Assembly: GCA_001724265.1 (NCBI GenBank)
Contig: MEDY01000149.1
Location: 54,915 to 74,914, forward strand
Direction of reading: 5' to 3'
DNA length: 20,000 bases
Source of the DNA: Rhizaria sp. SCN 62-66
Taxonomy: Eukaryota
Positions within the stretch are counted from its first letter, which is position 1, and every line of letters begins with the position of its first letter. Position numbers and translations under genes: made by a program. Shown in pieces: positions 1 to 10,954 of this stretch. The notes under the pieces were generated by a model. That model was not told where the DNA came from, did not search any database, and was given only the letters and a program-made list of their open reading frames with translations.

Positions 1-287
1 ATGCGCGCGTTGGTAGCCGGGTTGGCAGCCGCGGCCTTCTTGGCGGCGGCATCGGACTCAGCCTTGGCGTCAGCCTTGGCCTTGAGCTTGGCCTTCTCAG
101 CGGCCGCCTTCTCCTCGTTGGCCTTCTTCTCGGCCTCGGCCTTAGCGGCGGCCACAAGCTCGGGGTCCTCCTCGCCGCGGGCGAGGGCGGCCTCGCGCTC
201 CGCGGCCTTCTTGGCCTTGACGTCGCCGAGGATGTCGTCGAGGAAATCGTCCTCGTCGTTCTTCTTCTTACCCTTGTTCTTAGACAT
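1..287 (-). CDS. Partial CDS (N-terminus, runs off window start): K/E/D/A-rich charged protein, possibly eIF5B or ABCF1-like
   Basis: Manual translation from ATG at 287: MSKNKGKKKNDEDDFLDDILGDVKAKKAAEREAALARGEEDPELVAAAKAEAEKKANEEKAAAEKAK...; open to window edge, strong GC3 bias. Absent from the ORF track (no stop in window). Basic-then-acidic N-terminus resembles eIF5B/ABCF, but no diagnostic domain is visible. Confidence 0.75.
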   Translation of the reverse strand, partial: MSKNKGKKKNDEDDFLDDILGDVKAKKAAEREAALARGEEDPELVAAAKAEAEKKANEEKAAAEKAKLKAKADAKAESDAAAKKAAAANPATNAR

Positions 288-1101
288 GGCTCGAACTGTC
301 AGTCGGTAACGGAGCGAGAACACGCGATCCGAGTGGGACGGGGGTCCAACAGGGCAGAGAGAATACGCGCAGAACGAAAGAGCGAGAGAGTGATGCGGGA
401 GTGGGGAAGAGGTGCGACAAGCGCGGACGGGTCAAAGGGAAGAATAAGAGGGGTAGATGAGAAATAAGAACATAAGAAAGATAGGCCTATGTTGCAGCTT
501 GTGGGATATGAAGCCATCATGTGCTGGACGGATATACAGCGGTGCTTAGGGTATGAATGCGATCCGGATCGACATGAAAAGACTTGTGGTGCGCATGGAA
601 TTCGACGATACACAGGGGGCGAGCGCGGCCCTCTTGAGTCATATGAATAGCGTAGGAATACAGCTAACTGCGCAACCCTACCGAGATGAGGCGCGCAGCT
701 TAACCCAGGGGCGGCCACGGGCAAATCGGGCAGATGTTTCACTCTCCTTCGATCGATGCGCCGCACACCACTGACTGTGAGCAGCGCGCCTCTGTGGCGC
801 CAAGCCGAGCCAGACTGAGCAAAGTCGGCAACGGATGGGACAGGCCAGAAACCGCTGTTATTTACACCTCGATTTGGCGGATAATCCATCATCAAAGTTT
901 GGTGATATGGTTGTCAACGACAAATGAAAACGTTTACTATAAGATCATTATATTTTAGTTGCGCTCGTTGACATATGTGTTGCGCTGTGTATCCACAAAA
1001 TTCCGCTCTGACAGCCCGTCTACACTGTCGACTCGACTGGCCCTCACACACCCCGCCTCGGCCTTTCCCCTTGTCCCTGCATCTCTAGAGCCGGGTTCAC
1101 A

Positions 1102-3151
1102 ATGATGAACAACCGGCAGAACTCTGCCTTTGAGGAGCTCATCCAAAAGGAACAGCGGTACGTCCTCCATGCCCCCACTTCTCACAGTCCCTACAGGCCC
1201 TCTCTCAGCCCAACATCGCTGCCTGCTCGCACAACACCGCCCCTCAACATAATCTTCCCTGACACACTCCCCACTTTTGCACACTGCGTTTGCCGCTCTA
1301 CACAGCACTAAGGCCCGCTGGCAGCGCACGCACGGCCGCGCAATGGCGCTCGAGTCCGGCGTGCTGCCCGATTCCGGCATGATGCTCGCCAACGACGAGT
1401 TTATGTCGGCCACCGCGGGCTCTGCCGCCGTGCCGCTGCCGCGCCCCGACCCGGCCGCCGCCGCCGCGCTTGCCTCCGCGTCGTTTGTCGGCCGCCCGCG
1501 CTTTGCCGACTCCCAGGCCATTCCCCGCAACACCGCCAGTAACAACGGCAACGGCCGTACACAGTCCCCCCGCCCAAGCGATAACAACAACGCGGCCGAC
1601 AACGGCGGCTTCGACGCCTGCGCGGACCCGTTTGCGCAAACCGTGGGCGAGTGCCCCGTGCTCTCCGACGCCGGCTTCCCCCTCGTCCGCAAGAAGGTCG
1701 TCCGCACCGTCGAAGTTCCCGTCACGCGCACGGTCAAAGTGCCCATCAAGCTCGCTCCTAGCGCCGCCAACCCGGAGCGCGCGGGCCGCGCGTTCCACGT
1801 CGTGAACGAGAGCTACACCGACTACGTTGAGCGCCCCGCCGTGCGCCACCGCGAAGTCTGGGTGAAGCGCGTCGTCCCGGAACAGTACCTGCAGCGCGTA
1901 CCCGTGACCCGCACGCGCCAGATCAAGGTACCCGTGGCTGAGGGCGCCGGGTACTCGGTCGTGCCGCCGCAGCAGGCCGACGCGTGGCGCATTGACCAGG
2001 TGCAGGAGACGAAGCTTGTCGAGGTTGAGGAGTGGGCTGATTTTGAGCTCCGGCCGGTGCCGGTCACGCGCCCCGTCCCCGTCGCAGCACGGTACGTGAT
2101 GTTATAATTGAGCGAATATCTTGCTTAGCTCGTGTATAATGACATAATAATTATGTCCAGAAACGTAATCTATAACTTATTTTGCCTGCTCTAACTCAAT
2201 AACTCATCAATGCTCGCGATATCCTCCGTTTTTTGTGTTTCCATATGCTCGCTCGCAGTGAGATCCCCATGGAGCGCGGGCCCTACACCGCCTCAAACCC
2301 GCGCCAGGTGCTCAAGATTGTCCGCGGCTCCGACCCGGCGCACGAGACCGTCCGCGAGGTCGACCAGTCCCCCGTTGTCGCCTCCGCCGTCTTCGAGCCC
2401 GCCAACAATGGCAGCGCCGCTGCTGCGAACACTCGGACCAGTGGCGCCGCGCGCGGTAGTGGCAACCCGAAGCGCAGCCAGACGCAGCGCGCTGGCGGCG
2501 TCAAGGGTTTCAGCGGCAGCCGCACGCACGCGCTCGCGGCCACAAACGGCGCCATTCACAGCTCCGACCGTACGTCTTTATCTCACGTCACTCTGTATTC
2601 CTCTGTTTTGTGGTGTAAAATGCGTCCTGAAACCTTTTTCTCTTGCTCACATGTCGTTATTGTTGTTTGTCTTCATCTTTACACTGTGTATAGTGTCCCG
2701 CCGTGCGCCCCCCGCGCCGTCTGCGGAGCAGCTCGCCGCGCAGCGCCGAGCTAACGCCGCCGTTTCCTCCCTCGGCTTCACGGGCTCGCTCGCCGCCACA
2801 CTCCCGCCCGCGCCTGGTGCCGTGCCCAGCGGCCCGCGCGTGGGGATGAATGCCGGCGTCGCTGCCTCTTGGGGGCTGCGCACCGTGCCCGTCGGCGCGG
2901 ACGGCCCGGCGGCGGCCGTGACCTCCGGCGGCGTCCGAGTCGTCGGTGTCACCCCGCTCACCGCGCCCGCCGTCGCCGGTCTGCAGGTGCGCGACGTGAT
3001 CACGCACGTCAACGCGCGCCCCACGCCGTCGCCCGAGGCGCTGGCGCGCGCGCTGGATGGGTCGGATGGCCCCGTCGCGCTGTCTGTCGTGCGCGGCGCG
3101 ATCAAGATGAAGGTCGTCGTGATGCTCTCAAATAAGAACAAGGGGTATTGA
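1102..3151 (+). CDS. 4-exon gene (1102-1157, 1306-2091, 2259-2569, 2694-3151), 536 aa; VPV-repeat (articulin/alveolin-like) region plus C-terminal PDZ-like domain
   Basis: Three GTACGT...YAG introns join ORFs 1102, 1277, 2233 and 2210 in frame (1611 nt). RTVEVPVTRTVKVPI / QRVPVTRTRQIKVPV repeats; C-terminal GVRVVGVTPLTAPAVAGLQVRDVITHVNARP is PDZ-like. Ends TGA. Confidence 0.85.
1158..1305 (+). other. Spliceosomal intron 1 of VPV/PDZ gene (148 nt)
   Basis: CG|GTACGT ... CTACACAG|C; split codon CGC restores frame; C/T-rich body. Confidence 0.85.
2092..2258 (+). other. Spliceosomal intron 2 of VPV/PDZ gene (167 nt)
   Basis: CG|GTACGT ... CTAAC (2191-2195) ... CTCGCAG|T; AT-rich, contains stops, frame restored. 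Confidence 0.88.
2570..2693 (+). other. Spliceosomal intron 3 of VPV/PDZ gene (124 nt)
   Basis: C|GTACGT ... GCTCAC ... GTATAG|TG; T-rich, frame restored into the PDZ exon. Confidence 0.82.
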
Positions 3152-3874
3152 AGTGTGAGCAACTGAGCAGTGGACACCGCTCCAGTCTACGCGTCGTGCT
3201 GTTCTGCTGGTGTGAATAAGACTGCGGCGTGGGGAAGTTAAGTCACCCCTCGCAAGAAGTCAAACTACACCCGCAACACGCCCGCACTGTGACAACAGTC
3301 ACTTACAAGAGCATCTCTGTTGATATGCTTCGTTTGTATGACATGCATGCTGCTCTTTTCGGTTCCGTCCCTGTTTCTGTTTTTTGTTTATGACATTGTT
3401 GTTTGCCCTGGTTCTCCATAGTACACTGTGAGAGGCCGGGCCAGCGCCGCGCGCTTTGACGCGCGACGCCGTATGTCACAGCACAGCTGATGGATGATAC
3501 TGGTGACTGGCGAGCTCTGCTGTTCGCATCGACAGCCCGTCCTACCCACATGCACTGTCTGTCTTCTGTTTGACGTTCCTCTAGATCACATCAAATAAAC
3601 ACAAAATACTTCAATCTTAACCCGACATGTCTGCTGCTTCGATCAATAAAATCAATTGAACATCGATGTATTTGAAAGCGTCCCACTGTAGCGACGCATA
3701 TGTGCTTTAAAACGTCAAACGTACGTTAACAACAACTAAAATATATATCGAAACTCAACCTATTCAAACTAAATCGTATTACAACAACAAAACAATCCAA
3801 TAACACATCACATCATACACTGCATCATAACTCTCTAGTCGAGCCTTGCTCGCGTTGCCCACAGACACTCGCGC

Positions 3875-5030
3875 TTAGACTGGCGGCGGGGGCATGAACG
3901 ACGCGGGGTAGAGCCCGTCGTCGAGCGCGACATAGGCCCCGCCTCTGGACACCGTGAGCCCGCGCTGGCCCGGCACGCCGCCCTGCACCGTCGTCGCGGG
4001 GGCGTAAAAGGGCCGCGAGCACCGACGCTTGATGACCGAGAGCAGCAGCGCGAGGACGAAAAACCCGGCGGCGGCGACGGGCGTGAGCGCGTACCACAGC
4101 GCGCCGTGTTCGTCCCAGTTGAGGAAGTTGTAGATCCAGATCCCGCGGCGGTGGTGGTACAGTGCAACGTAGCCCAGTGCGCCGCAGACCGTGAGCAGTG
4201 GCGCCCACACGTGGCGCAGGAGCACTGACCAGCGCGTGAGGAGGAAGTCGATCGAGAGCAGTGTGAGCGGGATGCCGTGCATGCAGAGGTTGGCGAGCAG
4301 CTCGCTGCCATCGGCGGGTCGGGACTCGGAGGGGTAGATGAGAGCCCAGTACACCACGGTGACGACGCAGCCACCTACCCAGAGCGTGGTGAATAACAGC
4401 CAGACGAGCTTAAGTGAGAAGCCCAGTGGCGCGGGCGACGCGTGGGGGCCGTAGGCGGAGACCTGCTTGATGTAGTGACGGTTCGGCAGCGCGGAGAGCG
4501 CGGCAATGAAGAAATAGCCGCACGTGGCAGCCATGGTGATGAACGAAAGAGTGTGGTAGACTGGCACGCCGTTCTCGCCAGAGTGCGAGAAAATCCGGAT
4601 CACATCAACAATGCCTGCAAGGGGAACGACAAGACATAAATACAACGCAGGATCGGATAGAATAACGCAGGATGAGCGAGAGACATTACCAGTGGAACAA
4701 CAAAAAATGATAGTTGGAGGAAAGAGAACTTGGCGAATAACGGACATCGGAAAGAGAGTATATCGTCATAGTAACACGCCTTCTGCGTAAATTAACCGTG
4801 TGAAGTGCGTGAAAAACTGTGATACATCGCTATCAAAAATGGAGGTGATGCAGATACGTACCGAAAATGAGGAAAGCACAGGCGAGGATCCTGAAGACAA
4901 CGAGCGTGGCGGGAGGGCCGACCGTCGAGGCCACGGCCTCAGGGGCCGTGATCTCATGCCAGCCGCAGCACGACGTCTCCGTCTTGGTCTCGACGTGCTG
5001 GTATGAGTTCACCGTGTGCATGCCGAGCAT
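3875..5030 (-). CDS. 2-exon multi-pass membrane protein (5030-4862, 4614-3875), 302 aa; rolling-stone / FAR-17a-AIG1-ADTRP-like
   Basis: Splicing G|GTACGT...TTGCAG|GC gives ...FRILACAFLIFGIVDVIRIF...; several hydrophobic helices; motifs VVTVVYWALIY, CMHG, IDFLL, WIYNFLNW recall this family. Ends TAA. Start Met (5030 vs 5021) uncertain. Confidence 0.75.
4615..4861 (-). other. Spliceosomal intron of membrane-protein gene (247 nt)
   Basis: Minus-strand GTACGT donor at 4861 and CCTTGCAG acceptor ending at 4615; phase 1 consistent. Confidence 0.8.
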
Positions 5031-5928
5031 ATGACGGGACTCACAGCGGTCACGAGGAGGAGGCAACAAGACCAAGCTCGCACGCCTAGAGGCCGGAAGT
5101 TAAGGTCTTCAGCAGCGATAAAAAATGCGATGATACAAAGTGAGTTTGATTGAGTGTGTAATGCACGTTATTTTAATGGTCATGAACAAAATATGGCACA
5201 AATGACGACTATATTATCTCAGAAAATGTCGTTGAAATCCAGGAGCCCATCACATCATGATCGACGTAGAAGACGAAGAAAAAAATAGTGTACTAGTATC
5301 ATTCAGCCCATCAACAAAATTAGAGACGCGGCGACAACTTTTGTAAGCTTACCAGTGCTATTGCTTGGGTCGATCGATGCATCACATGATGATATACGCA
5401 AAAATTATATTCACTTTGCACTTGGCTGTGCTTTTTGAAACGAGAGCTGGCTCAGCAACTTAAGTGCCTGGGTTTACTTAAACTGTTGTTGAGACGCCTT
5501 GTGCACATGAGCCGAATGCGACGCAAAGTGATATTGACAATGGCATCGCTCTGCATGACAACTTCTACTTTGCGTAGATGGTTGATATTGGGCGTGGATG
5601 AGGGAGTGTGTGAGAGTGTGTGTGTGCGGCAACTCTAGTGTGCTTTAGCTATTGTTTTCTGACAGCGGAGCTTGTATGAATACAATACATATAATTAACA
5701 TTATATACATGTAACAAGATAATATTAATTATATAATTAATATAATGCTGTAGCTGAAACGAAAAGCTGTACATGTATTGATTCATTTGTCTCAAAGCGA
5801 CGTGGTATAGTAACCATCGGATATGGTTTACGTCTATGAATCCAAAACCGTAACTAGTGAAGTACATGTACTTGATGGACTCTGCTTGGTCACTATGGAT
5901 TCTTAAATAGGACTATATAACTCTGGTT

Positions 5929-8900
5929 TTATATAGCGTTATGGCAAAAGTACCTGTTAAGCTCCTGCGCAAAGCCGCGACTGGGATAAATGCCGGCACC
6001 TGAGCCTGCACCCGCGCCAGCTCCGATCTCCGCCTCGGCCTCTGCCACCGCGGCCATTGCGCAGTGCAGCATCGCCCGCATCACCTCTTTCGCGCCCACC
6101 CCATGCTCTTGCTCTCGCGCTTTCTCCTGATCATGCTCCGTCTCCGAATCTTGCACCCCACTAGGCTCCTGCGAGTGCAACGCGATCTGCAGCGGCGGCA
6201 GCACGGCGGGCACGCCAAACATCAGCGTCGCACCCGTTGCAGCAGCCCGGCGCGCACTCGCGTTCACAGCGCCACACTGCCGCGCGCAGAGCGCAAACCG
6301 CGGACTGCGGCCAGCCGCGCACCGCAGCACATTGCCCACAGTCACCGTAGGCACCGTGACGCCGCCAGCGCCGGGGCCATCAGTGGGCGAGGGCCGGCAG
6401 AGAGCGAGCATCACGGCGGCGGCCAGACAGGTCGACGTCTCAGCGCAATCGCTCAACAGCAGCAACGGTGCGATCTGTGCCGCAGCCGCGCTCACAGTAG
6501 CCGCGGCGGCAGCAGCAGCGGCTGCGAGGAAGCGAGGCAACGCCTTAAAGAGCGAAAGCTTCGCCGAGCGTGCAGGCGACACCGGCAACACAAGCACACG
6601 CGCAACTGCGGCAAAGCCGTCGCCACAGCGGCTCGCGGCGGTTGCCACGGCTGCACTCACGATGGAAGCGACCTGTGCGGCGGCCTCTGCGGCTGCGGCT
6701 TGCGCGGGAGCTGTCGCTGCAACAGCACTGGCAAACTCCGCGGCGTCCAGGTCTAAGGGGGTACTTACACTGGCGCCGTCGGAAGCGCAGCCAGGAAGCA
6801 CGCCCAGTGCCGAGAGCGCGCGAGCCAGCGCCAGTGCGCGTCCGCGGCCACCCGCTTGGTCCTGCTTGTCTTGCTTGCTCGTCTTGGCCTTGGTAATCTG
6901 TGCTTTGGCACTACTGTCTGTTGCATTGTTGTCCACGTCAACGGTGCAGCTGGTGTGAAGAGTAGCAAGAACTGCGGCTGCGGCAGGCGCGTCTGAGTGA
7001 CCGGTAAGAGCGCTTAGCACTGGCGCCAGAGCGCAACGCGGTAAAACCACCCCTGTGCAATCGCCATCTGTGTCCGCGTGGCTGCGAGTAACTGTAAGCA
7101 ACAGAGCAGGTGTGTCCGCAGCGTATATACCACCTTCACAGTCACAGTTAGAGTTGCTTGTGGAGGAACACTGCTTGGTGTGACTGCGGCAGAGTCCGTG
7201 CTTCTGCGCCTCCGCTGGCGACAACAGCCGTGCACGCACTACAACGCGGTCGCCGTTCTTATCACACGGGCTTTGTTGTGCAGCGACGACAACAAGCAGC
7301 GCCGCAGCGGAAGCCTGACTTGTCACAACGGTCAACGCTACGCGGCTCGCCACGTCACCAGCAGCGTCACTGGTAGCCGCAGCAGAAATAGAAACAGCAG
7401 CAGTGGCTGCGGCGGTTGCTAGAGGGGCGTAGCGTAGACCGCTGCCAGTCGCGTCTGAGAGAGTGACCGTAGGCACCCCAGCGCCAGGCGGCGGCAACAC
7501 ACTCGCATTGCCGTTAGTCGCAACTGCGCCGCGCATATACCAGTCGTCTTGTACCGGGACGGCAGTGCTTGAAGTGTGCGCGCTGCCGCCGTTCTTTGCT
7601 GCAGTAACGTTAACAACAGCGGAAGCGGTACCGTTGGCCGCAGTGGTCGCAGATGAAGCAGTGACGGCATCCGCGCCCTGTGCGCCGGCGATAACTGCGG
7701 CGATACGCGCGTCACAGTCCGCAGCACCGCGCGAACTGAGCAAAAACACACGATTAGCCCAGAAAAGCTCCGGTGTAAGTCCGCGTGCCCATGTCTCTTC
7801 GTCGTCGCCAGCGCCCTGCACGTACGTCCACTCGCGCGACACGCCCACGGTCACGTCAACCGGCGCAGCGGATGTCATTGCAGCAATAGCGCTCACACTG
7901 CGACTGCCCGTAACGCTATTGTCGTCGTTGTCGCTGTCTTCCTCAACATCATCCTCATCGTTCACGTCATCATCATCATTGCTGTCGGCTTCGTTGCCGG
8001 CTCCCAATGAACGTTCGAATACAAAGCCGCAATCGTCGTCGCCACCATCATTGCCGTTCTTAGGAACGTTGATAGCGGCAGCAGCAGAATGTTCCGGTTT
8101 TGCGCCAACGCCCATGCTCTTACTTTTGCCTTTCCCCTTGCCCTTATTAACAGCAGCTGCAGTGGCCTCCGCGCTGTCGCAGCCGTTACCCGCGCCGCCG
8201 CCGTGGTTTGCCTCCGCGTCCTCCGCTCCCGCCGCGCCGCCCGCCGCCGAAGCGTAACCGGTAAGGAATGAGTGTCCGTGCGCAGGCGCTTCGCCGACAG
8301 GCCGCGACGCAGAGTAGAGATACAGCGCGGTCGCAGTCTCCGCAGCGCCCACAGCCACCGTGTTCTGCTCAGGCGTCGTCGTAGAGTCTGTTGATGTGTC
8401 GCTGTCAACACACGCCACCGAGACAACGCCGCCGCAAGAGGTCGGCGCAAAAGGGTGTGGCTGCCGCGTCACAGACGCAGTCGCGGTGGCAGAGTCGCTT
8501 TTATCCGCAGCAGCGCCCCCAGACGCGGCTTGACTTTCCACGTGCACGGCGGCCAGGTCCTCGGCCAGCGAACCGCGGTGCAGCCACACCGGCCGCAGCG
8601 GCAGCGCGCGCAGCGACCACAGCATCGGCGCCGGGGCCGCAGTCGTGTTGTTGCCGGCGCCGCCGCCGCGGCTGTTGCTGCCGTGGTGAAAAGCGACCGC
8701 TGTGGCGGCGAGGTGTGCGAGAACTTCACCGCGCGTCGGCGGCCGCACAAGAGCGCGCGCGAGCGGCCGCAGGCGGGCGCCGCAGTGGGCTGCGAGCTCT
8801 TTGCTCAGCCGCGGCAGCGCGAGGGTAGCGATCAAGTGGCGCTCCAGCGGGGGCAGAGCGGGTGGCAGCTGCGGCTGCGTGGGCAGCGGGAACAGCGCAA

Positions 8901-10486
8901 CCGTACATGTGGCGACTGCGGCGCTCACTGTTAACGTCTCTGTTAACAGGTTCTGTGTGTTTGACACAGAACCTGTTGTGACAGTAGATGACTCAGATGC
9001 AGTTGTATCAGTAACAGCGGGCGCCTGTAAAAGCATGGGCGCCGCAGGCTCTGGACACGGAGTAGGGAATAAGTGCGTCTTCAGACTGCTGGTGCGTTCA
9101 GTTGCTCCTGTGAATGCGGCAGCAAGAGCAGTCTCGGTTTCAATCTCGGTTATGGCAGCCCATTTGCTCGCTTCGTCATCGTCCTCGGCCTCAGCCTCCG
9201 CCTCAGCCTCATCAGCATCAGCATCAGCGTCAAAGTCCGTGTTCACTGTGCTGTTCGTGCTGTTGGCTGTGTTGCGGCTCTCGCGAGCCTGAGTGCGAGT
9301 GGGAAGCAGCAGCAGCGGAAGCCCCCCGACAGCGGCCACTTGCTCACTATACCCCACGCCTGGCACTTCACATAGCCGAGCGTCACTCAATGCTCCAGGT
9401 TCACAGTCACTATTCTCCACACCTGGCGCTTCACGAAACGCAGCACCACTCACTGCGTCAGCCGCAGCCGTCGCTGGGTTACGGGCGCGTGCACGCGCGT
9501 GTGCGCGTGCGAGAGAGAGCACTTGGGGCCACTGCGCCGCCGCCCACCGCTGCACGGCGTCTCCCGCGCGCGTCAGCTCTGCGGCGACCGCCAAGTGCAG
9601 GGCGCAGAGCCACAGCGGCACGGTGCGCGTGAAGGCGTCCGGCGCGCGCTTGCCGCGCCGAGTCGAGTCGACAAGCAGCAAACCGGCAGGCAGCTGTGCA
9701 GTCGCGTTATCGTTCTTCAAGGCACTGTTGTTGATGTGATGGTTGACGTTTTCGCTCGCAAGTGTGGCCAGAGTGGCAAAGCGCTCCAGCGGCAGCTTCA
9801 CACCGCTATCGGCTTCGCAGACAGTGTCAGGCTTTTGCTGTCGCTCCTTTTGCTGTTGTTGCTGTTGTTGCTGTAATTGCTGCTGTTGTTGCTGTTGCTG
9901 CCGCTGTTGTGTCCAGCCCTTTCGGCGTGCGGCAATGCGGGCGTGCTTCAGCGCCAGCCTCACCAAGTGCAGGTTGAGGCGCGACCACGACACGGTCCAA
10001 TGGTGGCAGTGCCCGTCCGTCGACTTGAAGTAGCACGTCGCCACCGCCGCCGCAGGCGTCTGCGCAGGCGCACCGGTGCCGTGTGGAGTGGACGGAGAGG
10101 ACGGTATGGGGGGAGCGTAAGCCGCGGCGGCGACAGGATCGGCGTACCAGCGCCCGCAGCGCAGATTCGCCAGCAGCGGTGTGCCTGGGGGCAGGCGCGG
10201 CAACGCGGAGGCGTACAGCGCGGCTGCGTCGTCGGCGATCGACTTGAGGCGGTTCTGTAACGGGACAAGAAGGTTTAGGCAAGGAGTGAGTTGATAATAG
10301 TGAGCTACCGAGTGCGGTGGGTGCGGTGTGTTGCGAGCAATTCAGAGGGGTATAGGGGGTCGAATGATGGCTTACCAGAGCACCGCGCTCGCTGCGTTTA
10401 AGCTTTTTAGCGACCTTGGCCATGTTCGCAACGGAAGGTCCGGCGAACTGGCTGCGGGCCGCGGACGCGGGGGGGCGTCCCGACAT
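5929..10486 (-). CDS. RIT1: tRNA A64-2'-O-ribosylphosphate transferase (initiator tRNA phosphoribosyl transferase), 2 exons (10486-10376, 10254-5929), about 1478 aa
   Basis: Family motifs in order: LKRSERGAL|NRLKSI, LANLRCGRWY, CYFKSTDGH..W.VS.SRLNLHL, LLVDSTRRGKRAPDAFTRTVPLW, YVQGAGDDEETWARGLTPELFW, C-terminal PSRGFAQELNRYF. Ends TAA. Confidence 0.92.
9851..9909 (-). repeat. CAG/CAA polyglutamine-coding tract in RIT1
   Basis: Plus strand (TGC/TGT)n; translates QQRQQQQQQQQLQQQQQQQQ. Confidence 0.9.
10255..10375 (-). other. Spliceosomal intron of RIT1 (121 nt)
   Basis: CTG|GTAAGC ... CCCGTTACAG|AAC; phase 0; joins the conserved LKR...NRL.SI motif. Confidence 0.88.
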
Positions 10487-10954
10487 GCGTTGCGTCTGTT
10501 CTGTGGTGGGCAAGGCAATGCAACGGAAAGCAGAGTTAGATTAGGTCCAATGGCGATAGTCCGACCGTTCTTAAAAGTGTCGCTTTAACATAATATCATA
10601 TTAGCTATACCGTTTCTTTTCCTAAAATTAGACACGTATTGGAGGCGTTTCTTGCTCTATACCCGCTAATTTGTTGGTGGCGATTGTGCATGGCGATGAC
10701 GTGCTGTCCCAGCTGCGTCATCACCCCCATCTCTCATGATATACTTATCTTGTTGATAGACCAAGCTGCAGCCGATGGTTACACGCGCAGCCACTACTAT
10801 TGTGCATGTTCTTTTCTCTCCTGATGGCGAGCAACGCCTCGTATCGATCTGGCTCCTCCCTCACCGTTACCTGCTGCTTTGCTCTCTCTCTTTCTCGTCC
10901 CACGCTTTATCGCCCTTGATCTGTGTGCCTTGCTTTCCGTAGACAGTCTGGGAG

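Noticed and set aside
1-309. Plus-strand 102-aa Ala/Ser/Phe-rich ORF
   Set aside because: Antisense shadow of the minus-strand K/E/A-rich CDS.
4615-4747. N-terminal extension of ORF 3875..4747 and alternative donor GTAATG at 4689
   Set aside because: Lies inside the 4615-4861 intron; the upstream exon with a GTACGT donor gives a better hydrophobic N-terminus.
5649-5867. AT-rich 72-aa ORF
   Set aside because: Composition of 3' UTR/intergenic DNA downstream of RIT1; lacks the GC3 bias of the real genes.
6064-10260. Many overlapping plus-strand and alternate-frame ORFs across RIT1
   Set aside because: Expected from high GC and low complexity; no motifs.
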